From: Candidatus Pacearchaeota archaeon
Lineage (GTDB): Archaea > Nanobdellota > Nanobdellia > Pacearchaeales > GW2011-AR1
Assembly: GCA_017609915.1 (NCBI GenBank)
Contig: JAFCDA010000001.1
Coordinates: forward strand, 5,033 to 69,032
Direction of reading: 5' to 3'
Length of the DNA stretch: 64,000 bases
The notes beneath the pieces were generated by a model. That model made no database searches, was not told the DNA's origin, and was given only the letters and a program-made list of their open reading frames with translations. The translations under genes were made by a program, and so were the position numbers. This document shows positions 1 through 9,413 of the stretch, one piece after another (position 1 is the stretch's first letter; each line of letters opens with the position of its first letter).

Positions 1-557
1 TTCAGGGGACTAGAAATCTAATTAATGCATGTGAAAAAAATAAAGTTAAAAAAATAATTTTTATGAGTTCATTAGATATTAAATTTAATACACCTTATGG
101 AAAATCTAAATTAAAAGCAGAAGAGATTATTAAAAACTCTAAATTAAAATATGTATTTTTAAGGCCTACTGCAATATATGGTGAAGGATTTAAAACAGGA
201 GTAAACTCTCTTGTTAAACTTGTAAAAAAAACACCTGTTTTTCCAATACCTGGTTCTGGAAAAAATCTATATCAACCACTTTATGTTAAAGATCTGATTT
301 TATTAATAAAACAAATTCTTGATAAAAATAAATTTAATAATAAAGTTTATTTTTTAGGTGGAAGTAAGATTATGAATTTAAATCAATTAGTAAATTTGAT
401 AAGTTTTAATCTTGGAAAGAAAACAATTAAAATTCATTTGCCAATTAAATCTAAAAACTTTAAATTTAATAAGATCTGCAGTAATGATAAGATCAAAAAA
501 GATTTTGATTTTGATCCTCTTCCGATAACAAAGGGGGTTCAGAAGATATTATGCTAG
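1..557 (+). CDS. NAD-dependent epimerase/dehydratase family protein, 5' partial (frame open from window edge)
   Basis: Frame open from nt 3: GTRNLINACEKNKVKKIIFMSS...YGKSKLKAE resembles the SDR sugar epimerase catalytic YxxxK region; only C-terminal part present. Confidence 0.7.
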   Translation, partial: QGTRNLINACEKNKVKKIIFMSSLDIKFNTPYGKSKLKAEEIIKNSKLKYVFLRPTAIYGEGFKTGVNSLVKLVKKTPVFPIPGSGKNLYQPLYVKDLILLIKQILDKNKFNNKVYFLGGSKIMNLNQLVNLISFNLGKKTIKIHLPIKSKNFKFNKICSNDKIKKDFDFDPLPITKGVQKILC

Positions 558-2100
558 AATAATCTGATCTATCAAACCTATAAATTATCAAACTTGGTTG
601 AGAGTTTTGTGCATCTACAAAATAAATCTTAAGAGGGTTTAAATTATTTTCTTGAGGATAAGTATAAGCCCAATCTTGATGAGGTTCATATATTGAAATC
701 ATTAAAAGAGTTATATTAGGATTAGATGCTACTAATTCTTCAAATTCTTCTTTTGTATTTGGAAGCCTTAGGGCTGTTATTTCACCATAAAATTGAATAT
801 GTGGCCAACTTTTTGTTACTATTACATCTTCTGGTTGAGAATTCTCTTTTATCCATAATCCTGCTTGTTTTACTTGCAAATAAGAATCTTTCTTTAATTT
901 AATTAAATTATCTGCGTCTTGTAATTGTAAATACCCAACTGTGCCTAAAAGAACTATTAAAAACAAAACTGCTATGAATTTGCCTTTTTTCCTTATGATC
1001 TCATATAAACTTATTATAAAAGCCCCAGCCATAGCAAAAACTACTGGAAAAATATTTATGATATATCTATCTTCGTTAAAAGCAACTGAAAAACTAACCA
1101 CAAGAATTGGTATTATTATTAATAAAATTAAAAATAAATCTTTTTTTAATTTAAAATCCTTTCCTTTAATTAACATATCAACCCCTATAAATATCTTATA
1201 TAAGGAGAATAATCCTAAGATAAAAAATATTAAAAGAGGCCATGAAAGAAGGGTTGGAAACATATGGATATAAGCCTTAAGATTAGTATATCCATTTGAA
1301 AAATATTCTCCTTCTGCAGGCGCATTCCATCCTCCTGCCTGAGTTATTACAAATCCTCCAAACTCAAAATAACCCCAAATAAGATATGGTGAAAGAATCA
1401 ATGCAAAGATTAATGCAGCTATCCATAATTCCTTTTTCTTAATAAATCTTAATCTTTCTGTTATTAAAAGATAAATTAAAAGAGAAAATAAGATTGTTGC
1501 TGTTGGTAATTTAAATAAGGTTCCGATTGCAACCATTACTGCTGCCCAGTATAATGATTTAACTGAGCCATCTTTAATATACTTATAAAGAAAAAAAGCA
1601 GAAAAAGTATAAAATGCTAAGGAAGGCACTTCAACTAAAAGTCTAAAACTGTAAAAAATATTAAGGTAAAAAACAGACATTAAAAATGTAGCTACTAAAG
1701 CTGCTTTTTTGTTATACAATTCTTTTGTAAAATAATATATTCCAAAAACAGAAGCCATTGATATAATCAACAAGAATAATCTTGGTAAAAACTCATTATA
1801 AGCTAATCTTAAAAATAATGACATGATAAAAGGAAAAAAAGCAGGCCTTACTACAAGAAATTCATATTCTAAGCCTAATGCCCAGGCTCTTGCCATACTC
1901 ATATATTCTGCCCCATCCCACCATAAAGGCTGGTTTTGGGTCATTAGAAAATAATATAAACGAATTATAAGAGCAAAGGCAATGATTAATGTAAAAATCA
2001 AATTGTGTGGTTTTTTTATCCAGTTAATTATTTTATCTGTTCTTTTTTCTATTGTTTTTTCTACATCTCCTACATCTTTTAAAAGTTCTTGTGCATCCAT
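493..2100 (-). CDS. GT-C fold membrane glycosyltransferase (GT39 / ArnT / PMT-like)
   Basis: 535 aa, about 11-13 hydrophobic helices in N-terminal two thirds plus soluble C-terminal domain, architecture of dolichyl/undecaprenyl-phosphate-sugar dependent GT-C enzymes; 65-nt convergent overlap with epimerase. Confidence 0.55.
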   Translation of the reverse strand: MDAQELLKDVGDVEKTIEKRTDKIINWIKKPHNLIFTLIIAFALIIRLYYFLMTQNQPLWWDGAEYMSMARAWALGLEYEFLVVRPAFFPFIMSLFLRLAYNEFLPRLFLLIISMASVFGIYYFTKELYNKKAALVATFLMSVFYLNIFYSFRLLVEVPSLAFYTFSAFFLYKYIKDGSVKSLYWAAVMVAIGTLFKLPTATILFSLLIYLLITERLRFIKKKELWIAALIFALILSPYLIWGYFEFGGFVITQAGGWNAPAEGEYFSNGYTNLKAYIHMFPTLLSWPLLIFFILGLFSLYKIFIGVDMLIKGKDFKLKKDLFLILLIIIPILVVSFSVAFNEDRYIINIFPVVFAMAGAFIISLYEIIRKKGKFIAVLFLIVLLGTVGYLQLQDADNLIKLKKDSYLQVKQAGLWIKENSQPEDVIVTKSWPHIQFYGEITALRLPNTKEEFEELVASNPNITLLMISIYEPHQDWAYTYPQENNLNPLKIYFVDAQNSQPSLIIYRFDRSDYSSIISSEPPLLSEEDQNQNLF

Positions 2101-2158
2101 TTTTTTATTTTATTCTTTTTCTATTATCTCTATAAACATTTAAGTTTAATTATCTAGC

Positions 2159-2183
2159 AAGGGCACATCCCTTCCGTAACCCT
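2159..2183 (-). promoter_or_regulatory. conserved 5' leader hairpin motif (coding strand AGGGTTACGGAAGGGATGTGCCCTT) 60-80 nt upstream of GT-C ATG
   Basis: Near-identical 25-mer also at 34173-34197 upstream of secF; can fold as 6-bp stem with GGAAGGGAT loop. Confidence 0.5.
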
Positions 2184-2192
2184 ATCTTTAAG

Positions 2193-2237
2193 CTTATCTT
2201 CTCAGCTGAGCATCTCTCCCTATGCTTATAAGATATT
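2193..2237 (-). promoter_or_regulatory. about 44-nt conserved promoter module ending in TATA box (cttataagatatt)
   Basis: cttatcttctcagctgagcatctctccctatgcttataagatatt; homologous copies at 31501-31544, 33107-33150, 34201-34244. Confidence 0.45.
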
Positions 2238-2289
2238 GATATTCTTTTTATCTCTTAAATGAGATTCCTTTCTATTTAAAAATTATTGT

Positions 2290-2601
2290 TTAACTAAGTA
2301 AACTAAAAATTCCTTTTTGAACTAAGAAAAGAGTCACTATAATCACCATAAATCTTGGCATTATCATCATTGTACTTAAAATAATAACTCCTGCTGAAAG
2401 AATATCTAAAACACTTGTTATATTTATTTTAATTGAAAAAATAAGTCCTTTTACTAATAAGAACAAACCTAAAAATAAAATAAATTTGTCAGAAATTATA
2501 TTAAAAATACCAAATATCCAAAAACATATTGCAATAAAAATATCCATTACTCCTAATATTTTAATTATCATCTTTATTAAGAGCCTCCAAAACCTGTTCA
2601 A
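2290..2601 (-). CDS. small hydrophobic membrane protein, hypothetical
   Basis: 103 aa ORF, 3 predicted TM segments; start may be at internal Met (2550) avoiding overlap with upstream gene. Confidence 0.3.
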   Translation of the reverse strand: MNRFWRLLIKMIIKILGVMDIFIAICFWIFGIFNIISDKFILFLGLFLLVKGLIFSIKINITSVLDILSAGVIILSTMMIMPRFMVIIVTLFLVQKGIFSLLS

Positions 2602-3676
2602 TAGAAATACTTTCTTCTAACTCAGGGACATATTGATTAATAAGAAAATATTTTTCTAATAAAGGAGAAGTTAATTTTTTAAGATTATCATAATCTTCTA
2701 TTTCCCAATCAGGAGTTGAAAAAAACAAAGAAATTATTTTTTTATTTAATGCTGAAGCAAGATGTAGTGCCATTGTGTCTCCACATATAATTGTATCACA
2801 AATATTTACAACAGAAGCAAATTCTCTTAAAGAATTATTTGGGTCATTACTCATTAAAGAAATTCCTTGTTCTTTCATTTCTTTTATTAAATTTTCTTGT
2901 TTTTCAATTTCATTTGGACCTGCTAAAATAATTATCTTATTTCCTTGCAATCTTCTTATTAATTGTTTTATTTTTTCATTATTCCAAAATTTAACCCATC
3001 TATCTGAAGAACCTATATTTATCCCAATTATTTTATCATTATCAGAAAGATTATTTTGTAGTTTAAATTTTTCTGAAAACTCAATCTCTTTATTAGTTAA
3101 ATTAAAAACAGGTCTTTCTTTAGAATAATAAGATTCTAATTCACAAGCTTCTATAGTAAGTTGCTGATAAGTTTTTCTATTCTTTATCTTAACATGATTT
3201 AAAAAAGCTGTTTCTAAATAAGGTTCTGCAAATTCATTAAAATATGAGGTTGTTCCATTATCAAAAAAATAACCTAACTTTTCATTTGCTTTTACTAAAT
3301 TTGCCAATAATGTTGCAGGAGTGTCTATTTCTAGGGCAAATAAAATATCAAATTCTTCTTGTTGAATCCTTAAAATATTTTCAGGGTTATATGCAAGAAC
3401 TTTATCTACTAAAGGATTATTTTTAAGTAAATCAACAGATTCTGGATTAGTCATCCAATAAACTAAAATATCTGGCCCATATTTTTTCTTTAGAGCTGGT
3501 AAAATGCATGTTGTTCTTAAAACATCTCCCATTTCTCCAAGTTTTATAATCAAGATTTTTTTTGAGTATTCTTGTGCAAATTTGCATTCTTCACAAGACT
3601 TGTAATTTTCAGTAGATAATGTATCACAAGCATATTTTTCATTGAAAAACCTGCATTTTTTATTCCATTTTATCAT
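2561..3676 (-). CDS. GT9 family glycosyltransferase (heptosyltransferase-like) with N-terminal Cys4 motif
   Basis: ILIIKLGEMGDVLRTTCILPALKKKYP and C-terminal Rossmann half are typical of RfaF/WaaC-type GT9; N-terminus CRFFNEKYAC...CEEC Cys cluster. Confidence 0.65.
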   Translation of the reverse strand: MIKWNKKCRFFNEKYACDTLSTENYKSCEECKFAQEYSKKILIIKLGEMGDVLRTTCILPALKKKYGPDILVYWMTNPESVDLLKNNPLVDKVLAYNPENILRIQQEEFDILFALEIDTPATLLANLVKANEKLGYFFDNGTTSYFNEFAEPYLETAFLNHVKIKNRKTYQQLTIEACELESYYSKERPVFNLTNKEIEFSEKFKLQNNLSDNDKIIGINIGSSDRWVKFWNNEKIKQLIRRLQGNKIIILAGPNEIEKQENLIKEMKEQGISLMSNDPNNSLREFASVVNICDTIICGDTMALHLASALNKKIISLFFSTPDWEIEDYDNLKKLTSPLLEKYFLINQYVPELEESISIEQVLEALNKDDN

Positions 3677-4080
3677 TTTAATTTTTCTAATTCTATTTTT
3701 AACTTTTCAATTGAGTCTATGATATGAACTTTTCCAACTATTATCACACTAATATCACTAATAGATTCTTTAATATCTCTATCTGTTTTTAATCCAATTA
3801 CTTTTTTTCCTATAGCTTGTGCATAACCCATTTCCCAAGCAGTTCCTGCTCCAACATAAATTCCATTTAAAACTCCAACCATAATCTCACATTTATTTAT
3901 CTCTTCTAAATCTCTTTCAGAAATTTCTTTAATTTTGTTTAAATCTCCATCATATAATCCAGCATCTCTATGAGGTAAAAATGTTTCAAAACCTAAATCT
4001 TTACAGATTTTATCTATTTGCTCTAAAAAATTTCTGTTTTTTTGTTCACACAAAGGGCCTGCAATATAAATCTTCACCAT
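3673..4080 (-). CDS. nucleoside 2-deoxyribosyltransferase-like protein
   Basis: KIYIAGPL N-terminus and GTAWEMGYAQAIGKKV C-terminal motif of the Nuc_deoxyrib_tr/Rcl fold. Confidence 0.5.
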   Translation of the reverse strand: MVKIYIAGPLCEQKNRNFLEQIDKICKDLGFETFLPHRDAGLYDGDLNKIKEISERDLEEINKCEIMVGVLNGIYVGAGTAWEMGYAQAIGKKVIGLKTDRDIKESISDISVIIVGKVHIIDSIEKLKIELEKLK

Positions 4081-4133
4081 AATTTTAAATAATTTAGGGC
4101 TTCTTAAAGATTATTAAGGTTGGATAGGGTATC

Positions 4134-5054
4134 TTAATCCAAACTCCTAGTGCTCTTTGTTTCTTGTTTTCTCCAACCATCTACATATTTTTGTTTTTTG
4201 AACTTTAGCTCATAAAAAGCTCTTAAATAAATGTAAAATCTTGTTGAAAAAAGAGGTATTGTGAAAAAAACTTCTCGAAGGTTTTTTGGGTAAGTTAAAG
4301 CAAAAATAGCTCCTTGTTTTATTTCATTGAAAAAAGATTTGGTTCTTGGCATATCTGGAGCAATTTTATTCAAACTTTCATGTCCTTTTATGTTTCTTAT
4401 TTTTTGTATTTTAAAATCTTTCCAGTTTTGAGGATTTATAACATAAACTTCTACTTTTGGTAAATATTTTATTTTATATCCTTGCTTATGAAATAAATAA
4501 GAAATAACACCATCTTCAGAAGATTCTAAAGGGAATCCTTGTAAAACTCCGTTTCTAATCGCAAATAAATAACCTGAACATTCAAAAAACTTTTTCTGAT
4601 TTGAAAATCTTAATCTTGTTTTATGAATCCCATCAAAGGCTACATGAGAAGCATAGCCCCAAAACTTTTCTCTAGGATTTAATAAAACAGGTCTTCCAGT
4701 TATACATCCAACTTCTTTGTCTTTAAATGCTTTCATGATTTCATTTACTGTGTTTTGTGAAACATAAACATCTCCATCAGTAAGGATGATAATGTCATCT
4801 TTGTTCTGAGAATAAATTCTTTCTAAGAAAATGTTTAAAGCATAACTTTTACCTTCTCCTGGATCTAAGAAAAAGTCTATTTTGTTTTTCTTAAACTCTT
4901 TTTTATACTTTTTATTTAGAAATTCCTCTGTTTTTAGAAAAGGGTCTATTATTGTTATTTTAAATTCTTGCTTAATATTTTGATTAAGAAAACAATCAAT
5001 TGCCCTTGAAGTTGCTTTTGGTTCTCCATAAGAGGTTATAATTATGTTAATCAT
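4134..5054 (-). CDS. GT2 family glycosyltransferase
   Basis: IIITSYGEPKATSRAIDCFLNQ...ILTDGDVYV (DxD) GT-A fold signature. Confidence 0.7.
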   Translation of the reverse strand: MINIIITSYGEPKATSRAIDCFLNQNIKQEFKITIIDPFLKTEEFLNKKYKKEFKKNKIDFFLDPGEGKSYALNIFLERIYSQNKDDIIILTDGDVYVSQNTVNEIMKAFKDKEVGCITGRPVLLNPREKFWGYASHVAFDGIHKTRLRFSNQKKFFECSGYLFAIRNGVLQGFPLESSEDGVISYLFHKQGYKIKYLPKVEVYVINPQNWKDFKIQKIRNIKGHESLNKIAPDMPRTKSFFNEIKQGAIFALTYPKNLREVFFTIPLFSTRFYIYLRAFYELKFKKQKYVDGWRKQETKSTRSLD

Positions 5055-5254
5055 TCTGTTTCAATCATATCTTCTGCTAATCTTATAACAACCACTGGCT
5101 TGTTATCTTTTAGAGATTCTGCTTCTATTCTACATTTAACTCTTCCTTGTTTAATTCCTTTTCCAGAAGTCTCTATTTTTTTAACAACTGCTTTATCTCC
5201 ATAAACAAGAATTATATCACCTTGTTTTATTTCTGAAGCTTTTTTCTGTGCCAT
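5051..5254 (-). CDS. small beta-barrel protein, eIF5A N-domain-like, hypothetical
   Basis: 67 aa; GDIILVYGDKAVVKKIETSGKGIKQGRVKC resembles KOW/SH3-like N-domain of eIF5A around the hypusine loop; 4-nt overlap with upstream GT2 suggests co-translation. Confidence 0.35.
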   Translation of the reverse strand: MAQKKASEIKQGDIILVYGDKAVVKKIETSGKGIKQGRVKCRIEAESLKDNKPVVVIRLAEDMIETE

Positions 5255-5344
5255 ACAAAAATACTACAAGCTCATTATATAAAGTTTTTTATACTCCCAA
5301 CCCTTTAAAAAAGGCTTGACCTAAATTTTAAAATCATAGAAAAT

Positions 5345-6037
5345 ATGGCTAATGCAATCATATTATGTTCTGGTGGATTAGATAGTGTTGTTTTAGCACA
5401 TTATTTGAAGAAGGTTCAAAAAATTGAAAAAATTAGGTTGGTTTTCTTAGATTATAATCAAAAAGCTTTAGAAGAGGAAAAATTTTGTGTTGAGAAATTA
5501 GCTAAAGATTTGGATGCTGATTTAAAAATTATTAATGTTAAATGGCTTGGAGAAATTAGTACTTCTTTGATTAATAAAGATGCTGATAAAAATGAAATTG
5601 ATTCTGAAGAATTAATTTCATGGTATGTTCCTTGTAGGAATTCCTTGTTTTTATTAATAGGATTATCATTAGCAGAATCTGAATTTATTTCTAAAAATGA
5701 AAAATATGATGTTTATCTTGGAATAAAATATGAAGGAGAACTTCAATTTAAAGATACTACTCCTGAATTTCTTGAACAAATGAATAAAATAACCAATTTT
5801 TCAACTCAAACAGGAGATTATAAGTTTATTGCTCCTTTTTTAAACAAAGATAAAGAAAAGGTTATTGAATTAGGTTTGGAGTTAGGAGTTGATTTAAAGA
5901 ACACTTATAGTTGTTATATTGGAAAAGGTTTTGAAAATGAGGTTCCTGTTCATTGTGGAGTTTGTAGTGCTTGTAAATCAAGAAAAAAAGCTTTTAAGTT
6001 TTCAAATAATAATGATGTTAGTGTTTATGGGTGTTAA
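5345..6037 (+). CDS. queC: 7-cyano-7-deazaguanine synthase QueC
   Basis: PP-loop ILCSGGLDSVV at N-terminus and C-terminal zinc motif SCYxG...HCGVCSACKSR characteristic of QueC. Confidence 0.8.
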   Translation: MANAIILCSGGLDSVVLAHYLKKVQKIEKIRLVFLDYNQKALEEEKFCVEKLAKDLDADLKIINVKWLGEISTSLINKDADKNEIDSEELISWYVPCRNSLFLLIGLSLAESEFISKNEKYDVYLGIKYEGELQFKDTTPEFLEQMNKITNFSTQTGDYKFIAPFLNKDKEKVIELGLELGVDLKNTYSCYIGKGFENEVPVHCGVCSACKSRKKAFKFSNNNDVSVYGC

Positions 6038-6462
6038 ACAAGATCTAAGTCACCATATACACGTAAAGACCCTGGCCCCTCATTAAGAGGGTCATATTTA
6101 TTTACATGTTCTATTAAACGTCTCTTAATCTCATATAATTTTTTTATAGGAATATTTGCCCCTATTATCTGTTTAGAATCTATTAGCTGTATTGATGGTA
6201 TTGGTTTTTCTTGATAATATCTCACATACATATTTACATCATCCATTAATCCACTAATTTCTCTTTTTAAACTATTTGTTTTAATTGCTTCATCCCAATC
6301 TTTATTATATTCACATACTTGATTAGTTTTATTTTCTCTAGAATTTTCTGAAGATTTTCCAAAAATAGTAGATGAAGTAATACCTAAGGTAGCTCCTACA
6401 AGTCCTGTTCCTTTCATAAAACTTCTTCTTGTTATATTTTGTGGTTTTTTCATATTTATCAA
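6034..6462 (-). CDS. secreted protein with twin-arginine (Tat) signal, hypothetical
   Basis: N-terminus ITRRSFMKGTGLVGATLGITSST is a Tat signal; no recognisable domain. Confidence 0.45.
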   Translation of the reverse strand: MINMKKPQNITRRSFMKGTGLVGATLGITSSTIFGKSSENSRENKTNQVCEYNKDWDEAIKTNSLKREISGLMDDVNMYVRYYQEKPIPSIQLIDSKQIIGANIPIKKLYEIKRRLIEHVNKYDPLNEGPGSLRVYGDLDLV

Positions 6463-6492
6463 TGATATATTGGGTTTTTAAGGTTTATTGTT

Positions 6493-8037
6493 TTAAACCC
6501 TATACCTAACTTTATCATACCAGACTTTAAAATCTAAAGGAAGGCTTCTATAAGTTGGTTTTAATATTCTTTCTCTTATTAAATCATAAATACTCACGAA
6601 TTTTAAAATAAATAATGTATTAGAGGGGTTTGTTAGATTTTTTTTAATTCTTTCTGGTTTAAGAAGATGGTTAATCAAAGAATTTGATATTATTCCAAAT
6701 CTTTTTTCTGTTACAACTCCCCTCATTAAATTTAAAATTAAAACTAAATACATGTTTTTTCTTTTTAATAAAATATGCGCTCCTCTGTCCCAATAATTAA
6801 GAGTAACTGCTGAATCTTTTGGAGTTTTTATTATGCCTTCATTTACAGCTCTTTCATGAAGTTTAGATCCATGAAAAAAAACTAAGTTATTAACAGATAA
6901 AAAATAAGGTTTTGGAAGCTTTTGCAATAATCTTATCATATTTATTATATCTTCTGGTTTTTCATAAGGATTGCAAGTTATGACATCATACATAACAGCT
7001 AATTTGTCCTTGTACTTGTTTAAGATTTTTGCTGCATTAATTACTTCTTTATTTGTTTGATTCCTGTGATAAACTTCTTTATTAACTCTTTCTTCTCCTT
7101 GAATTCCCATAATTATATCTGTACACCCTGCATTTACAAGAAGTTTTATTTTTTCATCTGAAACAGTATGGGGATCTGTAAGACATTTAAACCTAAGATT
7201 AACTTTTTCTTTGTATTTTTTTGTGAATTCTCTTATTTGCTCAATAGGTCTTAAAGAAAAAGTGTCATCTCTTATATCAAAATAACTTAAACTTGGAAAT
7301 TTTTCTTTTAATTTTAAAATCCCTTTAATTATATAATCCACACTATGCCATCTTACTATTTTTTTTCTTTTTCCCTTGTAAAGTTCATTTAATAAACTAT
7401 TACTACAATAATCACACCCATAAGGGCATCCTCTTCCTGTTAAGAAAAATATTGCTCCATCTAAATCTTGTTCTCTAAATCTTCTTAATCTATGATTGTC
7501 AAGAATATAATGTGTTTTTGTATCATAATCTGGAAGAGGAATAGAATCTAAATTATCTATTAAAAGTCTTACAGGGTTTTTAATTATCTTTTCCGTTTCT
7601 TTGTTTTTAATCCAAAGATTTTTTATTTTTTTAATTGATTTATTTTTTTCTATTGCATTAACTAAATCAAGAATTGTTTCTTCTCCTTCTCCAACACATA
7701 CAATATTACAATATTTAATACATTCTTTTGGTGAAATTGTTGCATGAATTCCTCCCCAAACAATTGGGATTTTTACACATGTTTTTTCTAAATATTTTAT
7801 TATCTGAATAGCTCTTGGTGCAGTTGAAACAAAAGAACTAATTCCAATTAATTCTGAATCTTTGCAAATTTGATAAAGTTGTCTTAATTCCTGTCTTTTG
7901 TAAAACTTAGAATAATCTTCACTTAGGTTCATAAAAACTAATTTAACATCATGTCCTGCTTTTTTTAAAACAGCAGAAATTGTCCTTATTCCTTGATCTG
8001 AAGGATATGTTGCTGCAGAAATTAAAGTTATTTTCAT
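6493..8037 (-). CDS. B12-binding domain radical SAM protein (class B methyltransferase-like)
   Basis: N-terminal cobalamin-binding Rossmann (KITLISAATYPSDQG...GGIHAT) followed by radical SAM CPYGCDYCS motif. Confidence 0.8.
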   Translation of the reverse strand: MKITLISAATYPSDQGIRTISAVLKKAGHDVKLVFMNLSEDYSKFYKRQELRQLYQICKDSELIGISSFVSTAPRAIQIIKYLEKTCVKIPIVWGGIHATISPKECIKYCNIVCVGEGEETILDLVNAIEKNKSIKKIKNLWIKNKETEKIIKNPVRLLIDNLDSIPLPDYDTKTHYILDNHRLRRFREQDLDGAIFFLTGRGCPYGCDYCSNSLLNELYKGKRKKIVRWHSVDYIIKGILKLKEKFPSLSYFDIRDDTFSLRPIEQIREFTKKYKEKVNLRFKCLTDPHTVSDEKIKLLVNAGCTDIIMGIQGEERVNKEVYHRNQTNKEVINAAKILNKYKDKLAVMYDVITCNPYEKPEDIINMIRLLQKLPKPYFLSVNNLVFFHGSKLHERAVNEGIIKTPKDSAVTLNYWDRGAHILLKRKNMYLVLILNLMRGVVTEKRFGIISNSLINHLLKPERIKKNLTNPSNTLFILKFVSIYDLIRERILKPTYRSLPLDFKVWYDKVRYRV

Positions 8038-8146
8038 TTTATATTGTTTATCTGGAATTTGATAAGCTCAATTTAGTTTTGAAGATGATTTGTTTAACTT
8101 AATCTTATCTTCTCCAAAGCTCTAGGTTTAATAAGATATTGATATT

Positions 8147-9307
8147 TCATTTATTGTTTTTATTGTTTATTGAGGATTCATACTCTTCCATATATCTTTT
8201 TGAAATAAGATCCCAAGCATAATCTTTAGATTTTTTAAAATTGTTTTTAGATATTTGTTTTGCTAATTTTGGATTATCTAGAATTTTTAAAATGTTTTTT
8301 TCAAGGTTTTTTATATCTCCATACTTTACTAAAAATCCATTTTCAGGCTCTTTTACCTCATATGGGACACCATTTACAGGAGATGCTACAATAGGTAAAC
8401 CAGAAGCCATTGCTTCAAATAATGTTAAAGGAAGCCCTTCTCTATAACTTGGTAAAACATAAACATCTGCTGCTTGATACATTTCTGCTATTTTTTCTTT
8501 TCCTCTAATTGCTCCAAGATATTTCATATTTTTGTGCGATTTAATTAATCTTTCTACTTCTTGTGCTTTTCCTTCATCTGGACCAACCCAAATAAAAGCT
8601 ATATCTTTTCTTTTTTTAGAAATATTAATTGCTGCTAATGCTAATTTTTCTGCTCCTTTTGTTGGATTTAATCTACCAAAAAATAAAACTAATTTTTTTT
8701 CTTTTATTTTGTGTTGTTTTTTAAAATTATTTTTCTTTACTTTTTTGTAAAGAATTTTATCTGTTCCATTTGGAATAACTTTAATCTTATTTTTGTTTTT
8801 AATATATTTATTAAGAATATCTAATTCCCAAGGAGTTATTGCTATTACTTTGTCAACTAATTTAAAAGATATTTTATTAAAAATTAGATTATTTAAAAAT
8901 AAAAATGGGCGTAAGATTAATGGGCGGAATTCTGCTCCTGTCCATGAACAATGTGTTGTATGTATATGTTTACTTTTGTTTAATTTAGAGAGTATTCCTG
9001 CAAACAAAATATAAGCATGTCCTGATACATGTGTATGGATAATATCAAATTTTCCTTTAAATCTCCAAAGTAAGGAAGGCCAAATAAACGTGCTTAAAGA
9101 TAATCTAAACCAATAAGGAAACCTATGAATATGAACTCCTTGTATAATTTCTTTTTTTAATTTTATTCTTTTGTTTTTATCAGAATCACAACAAAAAACA
9201 TGAACTTCATGCCCTTGTTTAACTTGTCTTTGAGCTAGTTCATACATTACCTGCTCAACACCTCCAAAAGTTGGTAAATAAAACATATTAATGTGAGCTA
9301 TTTTCAT
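8147..9307 (-). CDS. GT4 family glycosyltransferase
   Basis: GGVEQVMYELAQRQVKQGHEVHVF N-domain and EGLPLTLFEAMASGLPIVAS GT-B retaining signature; track ORF extends to 9517 but start at Met 9307 avoids overlap with next gene. Confidence 0.8.
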   Translation of the reverse strand: MKIAHINMFYLPTFGGVEQVMYELAQRQVKQGHEVHVFCCDSDKNKRIKLKKEIIQGVHIHRFPYWFRLSLSTFIWPSLLWRFKGKFDIIHTHVSGHAYILFAGILSKLNKSKHIHTTHCSWTGAEFRPLILRPFLFLNNLIFNKISFKLVDKVIAITPWELDILNKYIKNKNKIKVIPNGTDKILYKKVKKNNFKKQHKIKEKKLVLFFGRLNPTKGAEKLALAAINISKKRKDIAFIWVGPDEGKAQEVERLIKSHKNMKYLGAIRGKEKIAEMYQAADVYVLPSYREGLPLTLFEAMASGLPIVASPVNGVPYEVKEPENGFLVKYGDIKNLEKNILKILDNPKLAKQISKNNFKKSKDYAWDLISKRYMEEYESSINNKNNK

Positions 9308-9413
9308 GATTTTTTTGAGAAGTTGATTGTTTATAAAGTTATATTGGATATACTTAATAAATTGTTTTTTTGTTCTAGTAACATTTATATAGTTTTCCAA
9401 AGGTATTTTACTT

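Noticed and set aside
493-557. 65-nt convergent overlap between epimerase and GT-C gene as sign of a frameshift
   Set aside because: Both ORFs read cleanly to their own stops with plausible C-termini; convergent overlaps of this size occur in compact genomes.
941-1273. Antisense ORFs inside larger genes (941-1273, 2775-3128, 3244-3426, 8241-9014 group, 10293-10496, 17849-18037, 19395-19700, 21171-21404, 22245-22454, 22838-23020, 23747-23995, 24796-25029, 26565-26786, 34668-34868, 35264-35512, 37570-37761, 40963-41199, 41820-42125, 43759-44019, 45453-45749, 48952-49158, 49224-49481, 53380-53592, 58792-59043, 61815-62018)
   Set aside because: Low-complexity translations lying opposite well-supported domain-bearing genes; typical shadow ORFs in AT-rich DNA.
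5345-6037. QueC as part of a 7-deazaguanine DNA-modification (Dpd) defence system
   Set aside because: No dpdA/TGT-like, ParB-like or queD/queE genes nearby; the standard QueC C-terminal zinc motif fits an ordinary archaeosine-pathway queC.
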